Source: Candidatus Pacearchaeota archaeon
GTDB lineage: Archaea > Nanobdellota > Nanobdellia > Pacearchaeales > GW2011-AR1
DNA: 64,000 bases
Direction of reading: 5' to 3'
Assembly: GCA_050124795.1 (NCBI GenBank)
Contig: JASFEO010000004.1
Span: 8,943-72,942, forward strand
The notes beneath the pieces are model-generated. The model saw only the letters and a list, made by a program, of their open reading frames with translations. It had not been told where the DNA came from and searched no databases. The position numbers were made by a program, and so were the translations under genes. Shown here piece after piece: positions 19,494 to 29,591 of this stretch (its first letter is position 1; each line of letters begins with the position of its first letter).

Positions 19494-20825
19494 TCATTCA
19501 TTCAATCTTTCTATCGCATTAGCTATTTGTAACATTCGCTCGTCGCAGAATTTGTCGCATGCAATCTGCATTCCAACAGGCAAATTATTTATCTTTCCAA
19601 TAGGCAAACTAATTGCACAATTCCCAACAATATTCATTGGACAAGTAAGAGCATCATAAAAAAACATTTCTTCATCACCTATTTTCTCTCCAATCTTATG
19701 CGGCAGCCTCGGAACAGCAAAAGAAACAAGCGCATCAAATTCCTGGAAAACTTTTTCAAATTCTTTTTGCAAAAGTCGCCTGACTTTTAATGCCTGATTA
19801 TAATACCTCCCCTTATGTTCAGCTTTTGAAATTTCCCTCCCGCCTAAAATTCTTCGCAAAACTTCTGGCCCGCATGTGTCTTCAATTCTTTTCCCGAATC
19901 TCCTTCCATCAAACTTTCTCGTGCCTGAAAAAAACTCAGTATAAACAATTGGATAATAAGTTGCCAAAGCCAAATCAATATAAGGAATCTTCACCTTCTT
20001 TATTTTCCAGCCATACTTTTCACTTGCCAAATTTATTTTCTTATTGATTAATTCATCAATTCTTTCGTCACTAGCAGGAAAATCAATTAAACCAATAGTC
20101 AAGTTCTTAGGAATTTTTTCAATATTTTTTAAATTAATTTTTTTATTACCCTGACTAATTGAATCGTGCTTGTCTTTACCATAAATCACACTTAATAATA
20201 AGGCAGCATCTCTAACATTTTTTGCAATTGGCCCTATTTGATCAAAACTCATGCACATGTCTATAAGTCCGTAACGGGAAACACTTGAATAAGTTGGTTT
20301 TACTCCAACGACTCCGCAATGACTTGACGGCACTCTTATGCTCCCGCCAGTATCAGTTCCGAGGCTTAAATCACAAAAATTTGCAGCAACTGATGCGACA
20401 CTTCCTGAAGAAGAACCTCCTGCAACCAAACTTAAATCATGAGGATTTTTTGTTGGACCAAATGCACTTGTTTCACCTGACCAACCGCATGCAAACTCAT
20501 CACAATTCACCATTCCAATAATAAGCCCGTCTTCATCCTTAACTTTACGAATCGCAGTCGCATCATATGGAGATTTATAATCTTCTAAAGTTTTTGAACC
20601 ACAAGAAGCATGAAACCCTAAAACATTAATAACAGCCTTAACAGAAATAATTTTGCCGGCAAGTTTTCCAGCAACACCTTTTTTTATCTTTTCATCAATT
20701 TTTTTAGCTTCATCAATTAATACTTTTTCAGGACGAAGTTCGAGAAATGCATTTATCTTTTTACCTTGTTTGTCATTTTTCTTTATTCCTTCTAAATATT
20801 TTTTTAGTTTTTCAAGTGTTGTCAT
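19494..20825 (-). CDS. gatA: Asp/Glu-tRNA amidotransferase subunit A
   Basis: Amidase signature GGSSSGS, GTDTGGSIR.P, VSRYGL, EV.RRIL.G. Confidence 0.93.
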   Translation of the reverse strand: MTTLEKLKKYLEGIKKNDKQGKKINAFLELRPEKVLIDEAKKIDEKIKKGVAGKLAGKIISVKAVINVLGFHASCGSKTLEDYKSPYDATAIRKVKDEDGLIIGMVNCDEFACGWSGETSAFGPTKNPHDLSLVAGGSSSGSVASVAANFCDLSLGTDTGGSIRVPSSHCGVVGVKPTYSSVSRYGLIDMCMSFDQIGPIAKNVRDAALLLSVIYGKDKHDSISQGNKKINLKNIEKIPKNLTIGLIDFPASDERIDELINKKINLASEKYGWKIKKVKIPYIDLALATYYPIVYTEFFSGTRKFDGRRFGKRIEDTCGPEVLRRILGGREISKAEHKGRYYNQALKVRRLLQKEFEKVFQEFDALVSFAVPRLPHKIGEKIGDEEMFFYDALTCPMNIVGNCAISLPIGKINNLPVGMQIACDKFCDERMLQIANAIERLNE

Positions 20826-21493
20826 TTTAACTCAGCCTCGATAAAATCTTCTTTAGTTAATCTAAAGCATCTTGAACAGCAGGTTAATAATTCATTTGAT
20901 AAGGAAAAGCGACTTTTTCTGATTCTATCAAAATAAGTAAAAAGATAAACTTCAATTCCTCTTTTTTTAATGTCTTGAATAACAGGGCAAAAATCTGTGT
21001 CAGAAGAAATAAGAATTATTTTTTTTATTTTAGGGTAATCTTCTTTAATGTGGCTTAAATCAATTGTCATCAAAGTATCAACACCTTTTTGCTTATAGAT
21101 AGGTTTTCCATTTATTTCTAATTTTTGAACCCTCCCTTCTTTTATAGTAATTATTTTATGCTCACTTAATGACTTGACAAAATTTTCATATCCTTTTTTT
21201 CTTTTTCTTTCTTCAAGTGTTGGCGGTGTTCCCTGAAAAGGCGGAGCAACATAAATAAAAATATGCTTGCAAAACAAACTTAATTTTTTTGATAAATTCT
21301 TAGCAAGTTTTATATAACTAATTTTAATCTTTTGCCCGCTTCCAAAATGCATTGAAAGTTTATATAAAAATCCCTCGTCAATAAACACAAGAGTTTTATC
21401 CAAAAAAAAGTCATCTAGTGACCCCTTAGGATCACTAGGGAACATCTTAAAATTATTAGATTTTTCTTCTTTATAAATTTTTTGCTTAATCAT
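20822..21493 (-). CDS. NYN/LabA (PIN-like) domain RNase
   Basis: VFID, QKGVD, SSDTDF.P motifs. Confidence 0.85.
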   Translation of the reverse strand: MIKQKIYKEEKSNNFKMFPSDPKGSLDDFFLDKTLVFIDEGFLYKLSMHFGSGQKIKISYIKLAKNLSKKLSLFCKHIFIYVAPPFQGTPPTLEERKRKKGYENFVKSLSEHKIITIKEGRVQKLEINGKPIYKQKGVDTLMTIDLSHIKEDYPKIKKIILISSDTDFCPVIQDIKKRGIEVYLFTYFDRIRKSRFSLSNELLTCCSRCFRLTKEDFIEAELK

Positions 21494-21494
21494 T

Positions 21495-21956
21495 TTAATT
21501 TGGAATCTTTAACTTGGATTCAGAAACTTGTTTATTTTTCTTTAATCTTTTTTCTTTTTCTTCTTCACTAATCCACTTAGACTTTCTCTCAAGTTCATCA
21601 ACTAATTTTTCTCTTGTTTTTTTATTATCTTTTGTTCTCACTAGAATTATAACTTTATCTTTGCCAAAAAAAACATCAACCTCAAATTTTTCATTCTGAA
21701 AAAACCAGATCACATCAACTAAATCAAAAACCTCTTTAATAAAAACCTTCTCAGTCTCCCCTTCATTATCATCATCCTCATAAGTTCTCACAATAAACTT
21801 GTCATTTATTTTTCCTTTATCAAAACCTAAACTTCCCATAAAACTCAAAAAACTTTTTTTGAAATCTTTTGTCTTGTCAAAACTATATCTGTGCCTAAAC
21901 CCATTATTATCTGTTCCATTTAAAACTAAATTTTTCGGAACTTTGATTTCTACCAT
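21495..21956 (-). CDS. hypothetical protein
   Basis: 153-aa ORF overlapping the gatC stop, inside a tightly packed operon. Confidence 0.7.
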   Translation of the reverse strand: MVEIKVPKNLVLNGTDNNGFRHRYSFDKTKDFKKSFLSFMGSLGFDKGKINDKFIVRTYEDDDNEGETEKVFIKEVFDLVDVIWFFQNEKFEVDVFFGKDKVIILVRTKDNKKTREKLVDELERKSKWISEEEKEKRLKKNKQVSESKLKIPN

Positions 21957-22204
21957 TTCTTCCTCTCTGCGATTATAAAATCACTTGTTTTTTTTGGAGC
22001 ATTAAGAAACATTACTTCTCTTGAAAAACTCTCATCACACTTCTCTCCTTCTTTTCTTTCACAATCTTCTCTCTCAATTAAAGAATCAGAAATTTCTCTA
22101 TCAACTTTTTCTAGCTTTTCTGAAAAATCATCTAAAATTTCTTTAGACTTTTTTCTGATTTCTTCTCTTTCTTCGTCTGTTACCTTATGATGCAAAAAAT
22201 CCAT
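21950..22204 (-). CDS. gatC: amidotransferase subunit C (GatC-like)
   Basis: EILDDFS..L, RE..LNAP...DFI motif; same operon as gatA. Confidence 0.7.
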   Translation of the reverse strand: MDFLHHKVTDEEREEIRKKSKEILDDFSEKLEKVDREISDSLIEREDCERKEGEKCDESFSREVMFLNAPKKTSDFIIAERKKW

Positions 22205-22279
22205 AAATAAACTTAGAATTAATAGTTTAAAAGAATTGCTTAAATAAAAAACAAAATAAAAAATTAAAGAGAGATTTAC

Positions 22280-22369
22280 TTACTCGTCGTCTTCGTCATC
22301 CCAATCATCTTCTTCAGATTCCTCTTCTTCCATTTCTTCGTCTTCTTCATATTCTTCGTCATATGACAT
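22280..22369 (-). CDS. 29-aa extremely acidic peptide (absent from ORF track)
   Basis: MSYDEEYEEDEEMEEEESEEDDWDDEDDE*; GGAGG Shine-Dalgarno upstream. Confidence 0.6.
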   Translation of the reverse strand: MSYDEEYEEDEEMEEEESEEDDWDDEDDE

Positions 22370-22515
22370 TTTGGAATTTCCTCCAATTTAAAATTAATGC
22401 TATTAATCCAGGCTATTTTTAAACATTTCTATACACTAAAAAATAGAAATAAATCTTAAGATTTGTTGTTGGCAAGTTCAGTTATATTTTTAAGATTACA
22501 AAACCTAAGTCATCT

Positions 22516-22959
22516 ATGGAAGAGATTAAAATTAGAAAAGCCAAAGTTTCAGATGTTGATACACTTTTAAAAATTGGGAATAAAATTGAAGAGTTTGAAG
22601 TTGATGAAGAACAAAATTCATTTTGGACAAAGGAACAATTAACTAACTGGGTTAAATCAAAAAATGATGTGATATTAATTGCAGAGTCTGATAAAGAAAT
22701 TGTTGGGTTTGTAACTTTTGCACTTCATATTCCAACAGGAAAAGTGACTTGGGAAAATGCCTGGATAAATCCAAATTTACGTGGGAAAAATATCGTAGGG
22801 AAATTATATAAGAAGGCAGAGAAAGAATTAAAAGATAAAGGAGCTAAATATATTTGCGGCATGACAAAACCTACTAGTAAAGCCTCAATTAAAATGCAGG
22901 AAAAATTAGGATTTGAACAAGGTCTTAAATTTATTTGGATGTGGAAATTTTTAAAATGA
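22516..22959 (+). CDS. GNAT N-acetyltransferase
   Basis: IRKA..D, IVGF, NPNLRGKNIVGKL (motif A-like), KLGF. Confidence 0.9.
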   Translation: MEEIKIRKAKVSDVDTLLKIGNKIEEFEVDEEQNSFWTKEQLTNWVKSKNDVILIAESDKEIVGFVTFALHIPTGKVTWENAWINPNLRGKNIVGKLYKKAEKELKDKGAKYICGMTKPTSKASIKMQEKLGFEQGLKFIWMWKFLK

Positions 22960-23696
22960 AAAACAAATTAAAAAACAAATTTTTTGATATAAATAAATTT
23001 CCTTCAAAAGAAGGAATGTTAGTTTTTGGAATTTCAATGAGCAAAATTTCAAATATACAGAGCGCAACAAAATGTTTTGATTATATCAAGGAACTTACAA
23101 ATAAAGTCTCATATCCTTATGTAGGTTTAACATTTTTATATTCAGATAATCTTTATTTATATCAAAAAGGAGAACCCTCCAAACTAAACAAAAGGTTTCA
23201 GAATTTAATGATTTCTCACAAAAATGAATTTCAAAAAATTTTAAATAAAAATCTTTGGTACATCAGAGACTCTTTTGGATTTATCACATGGAACCAGGCA
23301 CTCCTCGAGACAAAAGATTTTATAGGTTACTTCTCAAAACTAAAAGAAATCTATAAAAAAGATAAGACTTTTCAAAAGTATCTAAGAGAGGATATTAAAG
23401 AATCAAAGAAAAAAATTAATGAAGAAAATATTATGTTTATCCTAGAAGAAATTTTAGTTTGTTATCTTGCTTCAAAAGGAATATTAAAATTCCCAAATAA
23501 ATTTCTTAATGGAAAAGAAAAGTGGGTTATCTGGTGCTATCCTGGCAAGCCATTAAAATCTGAGATATATCTATATCAAAAGAATTTTTTTAAATTGCAA
23601 AATAAAGAAAACGATTATGAAAATTGTTATTATGATTTGGAAGAAAATAAATTATATAATTACGATAATGTAGATTTAAAGACTTTGAAATTATAA
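22956..23696 (+). CDS. tRNA-dependent cyclodipeptide synthase (CDPS)-like protein, XYP-type
   Basis: Colinear motifs VFGIS, FLYSD, FITW, Y..D..F, FILEE, CYPG; ATGA overlap with GNAT places the start at 22956. Confidence 0.7.
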   Translation: MKNKLKNKFFDINKFPSKEGMLVFGISMSKISNIQSATKCFDYIKELTNKVSYPYVGLTFLYSDNLYLYQKGEPSKLNKRFQNLMISHKNEFQKILNKNLWYIRDSFGFITWNQALLETKDFIGYFSKLKEIYKKDKTFQKYLREDIKESKKKINEENIMFILEEILVCYLASKGILKFPNKFLNGKEKWVIWCYPGKPLKSEIYLYQKNFFKLQNKENDYENCYYDLEENKLYNYDNVDLKTLKL

Positions 23697-23790
23697 AATC
23701 ACTCTATATTTTTATCCTTAATAATTTCGCCTGTGCAAAAATCTCATTATAATTATTCAGCACAAAACTAAAAATTCCTAAAGGGGATTT

Positions 23791-25092
23791 TTATGGTGTC
23801 AACCTATCCCTATCCCTCGGAAATAAACATGCTTCTCGAATATTTGGCAAATTCAAAATCAACATTGTCAGTCTCTCTAAACCCATTCCCCAGCCAGCAT
23901 GAGGGGGGGCGCCAAATTTAAAACTATCAATATAACTTTTGAAATCTTTTGGATTTAATTTATTAGCCTTTAATCTTTTTTCTAATAAATCAGGCAAATG
24001 AACTCTCATGCCCCCGGAAGTTATTTCCATTCCCTTGTAAATTGCATCAAAACCAGTTGACAAATTTTCACCTTTTGGCATAATATAAAATGGCTTCCCT
24101 GCAATTGGCCAGTCATGCACAAGAACAATAGTATCAGGAAAAAGTTCTCCTAATTTCTTTTCACCTTCACCTGTCAAATCATGCGAATCAATACTCACTT
24201 TTTCTTTTTTCAAAATTTTATTAGTCTCTTCAAAAGTCAAATACTTAACCTTAGGAACCTTTAACTTAACTTCTAAAATTTCCAATTCCTTTTTATTTTT
24301 TTCAATAACTCTCTTTATAATAAATTGAACACACCTATGTAAAACATCCATCACAACAAACTCATCTGCAAAAGCCTGTTCATAATCAAGTTGCCTTGCT
24401 TCATTCAAATGTCTGACTGTGTTGTGTTTCTCAGCACGCCAAACAGTAAAAATAGCAAAAACTTTTTCCATTGAACATGCTAAAATTTGCTTATACAATT
24501 GGCAGCTTTGCGAAAGATATGCTTTCTTTTCAAAATACTTTGCACTAAATAATTCTGTTCCTCCTTCAGAACTTGAAGAAATTATCGACGGGAAAAAACA
24601 CTCTGTTGCATTTTCTTTTTCCATGAATTCACGATATGCTCCTGCAATAGTTGACTGAACTTTGAAAATGCTTTGAGTTCTCATTCTATGCAAATCAAGT
24701 CCGCGATAATCCAATCTCTTTGGTAGTTCGGTTTTTGAAAATTCTGAAACATCAATTGGCAAATCCTCTGCAGAATTAATCAAAACAATTTCACTTGGAA
24801 CAATTTCTTTTCCTCCTGGCGCCTGCTTTGAATCCTTAACACTTCCCTTAACATAAACAACACTCTCTCGCGACACTGAATCCATTAAATTGAAAATCTC
24901 ATCACTTGTCTCTCCTTTCACACCAACAATCTGGATAATTCCTGTTAAATCCCGCAGCAGCATAAAACGAATTTTCCCTAATCCCCGAGTATTACTAACC
25001 CAGCCGGCAAGTTCAACTTCTTTTTTATCTTCCTTGAAAACTTCATTAATATGAATTCTATTTTTTGTTAATTCCTGCAAATTAATTTCCAT
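23791..25092 (-). CDS. aspS: aspartyl-tRNA synthetase, archaeal type, probably non-discriminating
   Basis: OB-fold AGWV..R, QAPGG loop (Pro typical of ND type), RAEK, GMGLER, FPRD. Confidence 0.95.
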   Translation of the reverse strand: MEINLQELTKNRIHINEVFKEDKKEVELAGWVSNTRGLGKIRFMLLRDLTGIIQIVGVKGETSDEIFNLMDSVSRESVVYVKGSVKDSKQAPGGKEIVPSEIVLINSAEDLPIDVSEFSKTELPKRLDYRGLDLHRMRTQSIFKVQSTIAGAYREFMEKENATECFFPSIISSSSEGGTELFSAKYFEKKAYLSQSCQLYKQILACSMEKVFAIFTVWRAEKHNTVRHLNEARQLDYEQAFADEFVVMDVLHRCVQFIIKRVIEKNKKELEILEVKLKVPKVKYLTFEETNKILKKEKVSIDSHDLTGEGEKKLGELFPDTIVLVHDWPIAGKPFYIMPKGENLSTGFDAIYKGMEITSGGMRVHLPDLLEKRLKANKLNPKDFKSYIDSFKFGAPPHAGWGMGLERLTMLILNLPNIREACLFPRDRDRLTP

Positions 25093-25122
25093 AAAAGAAA
25101 CAGAAAAAAGGGATTTAATAAA

Positions 25123-25515
25123 TTATCTCTTCTTGTGAGTTCTCTTCACATGTTTCTCAATAACTTTCTTAACAGTATCCTCAAACTCTTCTTTTGCAGT
25201 TTGTTCTTGTTTTACATCCCGCTTTATTTCACTTACCTTTTGAGTTACATGTTTTTTAAAAAGCGCACTTGAGATATTTGAAAATAAATAAAGAGCAGTT
25301 GCAACTCCGAAAAATGCAAAAAACATTGTGAAAATTTTTCCAACATCAGTCGATGGTGACAAATCTCCATAACCTATTGTAGTAACAGTCACAACAACAA
25401 AATAAAGTGAATCAATAAAACTCCAGCCCTCGACATTTTGATAAATCAGTGCCCCAATTAAAATACCAAAAATGAATATTCCTAAAATAATAATTACATT
25501 ACCTCTTATTTCCAT
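25123..25515 (-). CDS. 2-TM potassium channel (KcsA-like)
   Basis: TVTTIGYGD selectivity filter. Confidence 0.92.
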   Translation of the reverse strand: MEIRGNVIIILGIFIFGILIGALIYQNVEGWSFIDSLYFVVVTVTTIGYGDLSPSTDVGKIFTMFFAFFGVATALYLFSNISSALFKKHVTQKVSEIKRDVKQEQTAKEEFEDTVKKVIEKHVKRTHKKR

Positions 25516-25625
25516 AAAACAAGAAAGAAAAATAGGTTTTTAAAATTTAGTTTTTATTGAGTATCCCCCTGAAATATATTTTGCACTAGCATTAAGTTTT
25601 TATAAACTGCAATTAACTAAAAAAT

Positions 25626-25994
25626 ATGTCCCTTGAAGAATTTGCAGTTACTCTTGAAGAATTTGATAAAGCTATCAACATATTCATAAAAGAAAAATGC
25701 GAAAAACATTGCGACCATCTTGTTCATAAAAATTGCGGCGGAGACATAAGAGTAGGATTTCTTAATTTATTTTATTTAAATGAAAATGGAACATTAGATC
25801 CAGGAGAAGATGGATTTGGAATCGGTCCAAGAAGAGTTCCATATTGTGAAAGATGCTTCCCTCCTGATGGCTTCAAACACACATATGCATATAGATTTCC
25901 AATTTTAAGGGAAAGAAAAAATAATTATAATTGTGAATTCACATGGGGCAACAAAGAGATTACTCAAGGAAATAAAAAAATACTTTTGGAATAA
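25626..25994 (+). CDS. hypothetical Zn-binding protein
   Basis: HKNCGG..PYCERC Cys/His pairs. Confidence 0.6.
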   Translation: MSLEEFAVTLEEFDKAINIFIKEKCEKHCDHLVHKNCGGDIRVGFLNLFYLNENGTLDPGEDGFGIGPRRVPYCERCFPPDGFKHTYAYRFPILRERKNNYNCEFTWGNKEITQGNKKILLE

Positions 25995-26016
25995 GAATAA
26001 AATAGATAACTAAAAT

Positions 26017-26805
26017 TTAGTTTTTATTTACATCAACCAAAACATAATCTCCTTCATAACCAACATTATAAACTTTTGATTTTCCGATTTTTGCCTTACC
26101 TTTCCCTTCGTGAAGATGCCCGCAAAAAACATAACGAGGTTCATTCTTTTTTATATAATTTAAAATCACTTTACTTCCTGCATGTTTTCCAATCCAAGGT
26201 TTTGGAGCTCCATATTTCCCACTGACTTTATCCAAATAACCATAAGGGGGTTGATGACAAACTAAAATATCAACTTTTCCAAAACCATTCAAAATTCTTT
26301 TTGCTTTCTCAGTTTGTCTTTTTGCATTTTCAAAACGTTTTTTATCTTTAATTCCAAATTCTTTTAACCAACACGTATCAATAAAATATTCCAAAAACCC
26401 AACCCTCAATCCATTAATATTTCTTAAAACATTTCTAACAAGATAAAAATTTTTTGTGTTCTCGATTTCACTCCTTAACCTAGGAAGTTTTATTCCAAGC
26501 CTCTCTTCATCTTTTTTTATTTCGTAATCAGTTGCAGTTCCGGCATTTCCGAGAATAGAATAAGTAGGAATATTTTTTGGTAATTTTTCTAAAACATCCT
26601 TTGTAGAATAATAGACTTCATCCCAAATTTTCCTTTGAATTTTCGGGTCTTTTTTAATTATATCTCTTTCTTCGCTACTTTTGCTAAGATATAAACTTCT
26701 AGCTAAATCAGCCTTGGGTAAATCTCCTGTGCACAAATTTAAATCTGCCTTAGGAATCTTCTTAGGCAAAACTCCGTGCGGGTCTCCAATAACTAATACT
26801 TTCAT
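26017..26805 (-). CDS. calcineurin-like metallophosphoesterase
   Basis: GDPHG, TGD, LGN, HQPP, GHLHE. Confidence 0.9.
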   Translation of the reverse strand: MKVLVIGDPHGVLPKKIPKADLNLCTGDLPKADLARSLYLSKSSEERDIIKKDPKIQRKIWDEVYYSTKDVLEKLPKNIPTYSILGNAGTATDYEIKKDEERLGIKLPRLRSEIENTKNFYLVRNVLRNINGLRVGFLEYFIDTCWLKEFGIKDKKRFENAKRQTEKAKRILNGFGKVDILVCHQPPYGYLDKVSGKYGAPKPWIGKHAGSKVILNYIKKNEPRYVFCGHLHEGKGKAKIGKSKVYNVGYEGDYVLVDVNKN

Positions 26806-26848
26806 AAGATAATTGGGAAATCCTAGTTTAAAAGATTTACCAATAAAT

Positions 26849-28291
26849 TCACTTAGTAAATTTTTTAATTATCCTCATAGCCCCTCCCCCGTCGACTTTT
26901 CCCTTAAACTCTTTCATCACAAGACCCATATAAGCATTAGGGTTTAATCCGGGTTTTTCTTTTATCATTTTATGAATCTTTTCTTCAATAGAACCCAAAT
27001 CATGCTTTTCAATTTTTATTGCATCTTTAAAATTTTTCCCACTAACAATTTTCATTAAAACTTCTTTTGCATCCTCCTCATTAATTTTTTTCTTTTTTAT
27101 TGCACTTAAAATATCCCCTGCAAAATCCATTGCAACTTCATTCACTTCATTAAAATCCTTGTTAAGTTTCTTTGAAATTTCTTTTGGAAAAAGTAAAATA
27201 AGTTTTGCAATAAAATTAATATCTGAATAAATCCCTAACAAACTTTTAAATTCATCTAGTTTATTCTGCTTTAATAAAAGTTTTATCATCTCTTCACTAA
27301 GACCTTTTTTCTTTAATTCATTAATTTCTTCACTTCGTAATTTAGGCAAATTCTTTTTTACTTCATCAATAAAACTTTTCTTGATTTTCAAAAGTGGCAA
27401 ATCAGTTTCAGGATACATTCTATCAGCTCCGGGCATTGGCCGCAAAAATTCAGTTGTTCCGTCAGGATTTGGCTTTCTTACAGTTGATTCAATTTTCTCT
27501 TCTTTCTCAATTAGTTTTAACTGTCTTTCAATTTCATTGTTCATTGTAGAAATAATTAAATCAGGATTCTGAACCCCTTTAAGTTCAGTTCTCACACCCC
27601 CTTTTATTGATAAATTAACATCCTGCCTGATTGTCCCAAGTCCCCGACGAACCTTGCAACTTCTCAAGACATCCCCAATATGCAGAGCCACTTCACGAGC
27701 TTGTTCAGGATTTTTAATATCAGGCGCAGTTGCAATTTCGATCATAGGAATTCCTAATCTGTCAAGACGATAAATAACTTGCTTTTCACTTTTTGAAATT
27801 GGTCTTGCAGCATCTTCTTCTAAAAAAATTCCATCAATTCCAACTCTGCCAAATTCAGTTTCAACATATCCGTCTTTAGCAATTAAAACAGTTCTCTGAA
27901 AGCCAGTTGTGTTTGAGCCGTCAATAACCGTCTTTCTCATAATCTGAGTAATTGGCATAATTTTGCAATTAAGTAATAAAGAAATTTCCAAAACAATCTT
28001 CAAGCTTTCAGAATTTATTTCATGCGGCGGCTCTTCATCTAACTCAACCAAACAAGTCGTGTCATAACCCTGATAAACAAATTCTTTATTTTTTGAAGCC
28101 TGATATTCTGCAGCCAAATCCACATTCCCGCTCTCACCTGCAATTGCATGAAGTTTCCTTTTCACAATAAAATCAGGATCATCCTGTCTTAATAACGAAG
28201 GACACCTGCAAAAAAGTTTCGAAGTATCCAACTGCTGATGAATTTCAAGTCCTGACTTTAAACCTAATTTTTCATAATCAAAATTTTCCAT
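26849..28291 (-). CDS. gatE: Glu-tRNA(Gln) amidotransferase subunit E
   Basis: GLEIHQQL..KLFC, RKTVIDGSNTTGFQRT, RPMPGADRMYPETD. Confidence 0.96.
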   Translation of the reverse strand: MENFDYEKLGLKSGLEIHQQLDTSKLFCRCPSLLRQDDPDFIVKRKLHAIAGESGNVDLAAEYQASKNKEFVYQGYDTTCLVELDEEPPHEINSESLKIVLEISLLLNCKIMPITQIMRKTVIDGSNTTGFQRTVLIAKDGYVETEFGRVGIDGIFLEEDAARPISKSEKQVIYRLDRLGIPMIEIATAPDIKNPEQAREVALHIGDVLRSCKVRRGLGTIRQDVNLSIKGGVRTELKGVQNPDLIISTMNNEIERQLKLIEKEEKIESTVRKPNPDGTTEFLRPMPGADRMYPETDLPLLKIKKSFIDEVKKNLPKLRSEEINELKKKGLSEEMIKLLLKQNKLDEFKSLLGIYSDINFIAKLILLFPKEISKKLNKDFNEVNEVAMDFAGDILSAIKKKKINEEDAKEVLMKIVSGKNFKDAIKIEKHDLGSIEEKIHKMIKEKPGLNPNAYMGLVMKEFKGKVDGGGAMRIIKKFTK

Positions 28292-28339
28292 AAATAAAAT
28301 AAATGAAAAGAGTATATAAAATTTCGGATGATCACTTAA

Positions 28340-28951
28340 TTAACAAAGAATTTTATTGTTATCCCCATTACATAGAATTTCTAAATTTTCTCTTTCACAA
28401 TAATCACTAATTAATTTTTCTCCAACATTATTAGGAATAGAATGATTTAAAACAAGAACATATTTCTTATTTCCCTGAAGAAAGTTTCCAATAAATCTTG
28501 ATATAACTTCTCCTTCCATTCCATTTGGCGCACCTTTATCCCTTAATTTTCCTGAGGAGAATTCAAGAATATATTTTTTCCCAGATTTATCTAAAGTTAA
28601 ATATTCAAAATTAACTATCTTACTTGAATCACCTGTTCTCCAATAATCTCCCCAAATTTTTGGTTTCATTCCAAGAGCAACACCCATGTAATGTTCAGAT
28701 CTTAAACCAGCAGACTGAGTTTTCATAAGATAAGAAGTTGCTCTCCTCCACAAATCCATTTTTTTTGGAGATAGAGTTTTTAGAAATTTAGAAAAATCAT
28801 GAATTGCTTTAGTAGCATTTTGTCTATAGATATTTTTTAATGTGCAAAGTTCTCCTTCAGAAATTTCCAAATCCCTCATAAATTTTTCAGGGAAAATCAA
28901 ACCTTCGGCTTTCAAAACATTTTCTAAACAAGGACTATCTTTTCCAATCAT
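28340..28951 (-). CDS. hypothetical protein
   Basis: 203-aa ORF with its own TATA box. Confidence 0.6.
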   Translation of the reverse strand: MIGKDSPCLENVLKAEGLIFPEKFMRDLEISEGELCTLKNIYRQNATKAIHDFSKFLKTLSPKKMDLWRRATSYLMKTQSAGLRSEHYMGVALGMKPKIWGDYWRTGDSSKIVNFEYLTLDKSGKKYILEFSSGKLRDKGAPNGMEGEVISRFIGNFLQGNKKYVLVLNHSIPNNVGEKLISDYCERENLEILCNGDNNKILC

Positions 28952-29072
28952 AAAAATCCAAATAAACCCCCACTTTTAAATCTTTCTATTTGTATTTCCT
29001 AATTAGTTACAACAAAAACAAATAATCAAATAACAAAAGTTAAATTTATATAATAAAAACAAATCAACATAA

Positions 29073-29534
29073 ATGACAGAATTAGAATCAGTTAAAATCC
29101 TAAAAGGAAAAAATATTCCTTATAGATTAATTAAATTATCAGACAAGGGCATCTCATTTGAAGATGTTATCAGAAATGCAGAAGACAAAATCAATCCTGA
29201 TGAAATCTGCAAGACAATTGTGGTTAAAGATAAAAAGGAAAATAAATACGCTTTCTTACTTAAAGGAAATCAAAAAATAGATTTTTCAAAAGTAAAGGAA
29301 GTTATTGGCAAAAAAGCAAGCATTGTAAGTTTTGAAGATTTAAAAAAATCAATAGGAAAAGAACCCGGCGCCATCTGTCCTTTTCTTTTAGACATGCCGA
29401 TTTATATTGACAAAAAAGTTTTTGAAACTGAAAAAATAAATTTTGGTTCAGGAGACCACTTATATGGATTGGAAATTTTCTCAAAAGATTTGAATAAAAT
29501 AATTCAATTCCAAAAAGTAGAGGTTTCAAAATAA
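29073..29534 (+). CDS. YbaK/EbsC aminoacyl-tRNA deacylase
   Basis: ICKTIVV, PGAICPF, FGSG motifs. Confidence 0.9.
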   Translation: MTELESVKILKGKNIPYRLIKLSDKGISFEDVIRNAEDKINPDEICKTIVVKDKKENKYAFLLKGNQKIDFSKVKEVIGKKASIVSFEDLKKSIGKEPGAICPFLLDMPIYIDKKVFETEKINFGSGDHLYGLEIFSKDLNKIIQFQKVEVSK

Positions 29535-29591
29535 AATCCCAAAAACCAGAACTTTAGAAATATTTATAATCCTCTAATCACATTAAGTTTC

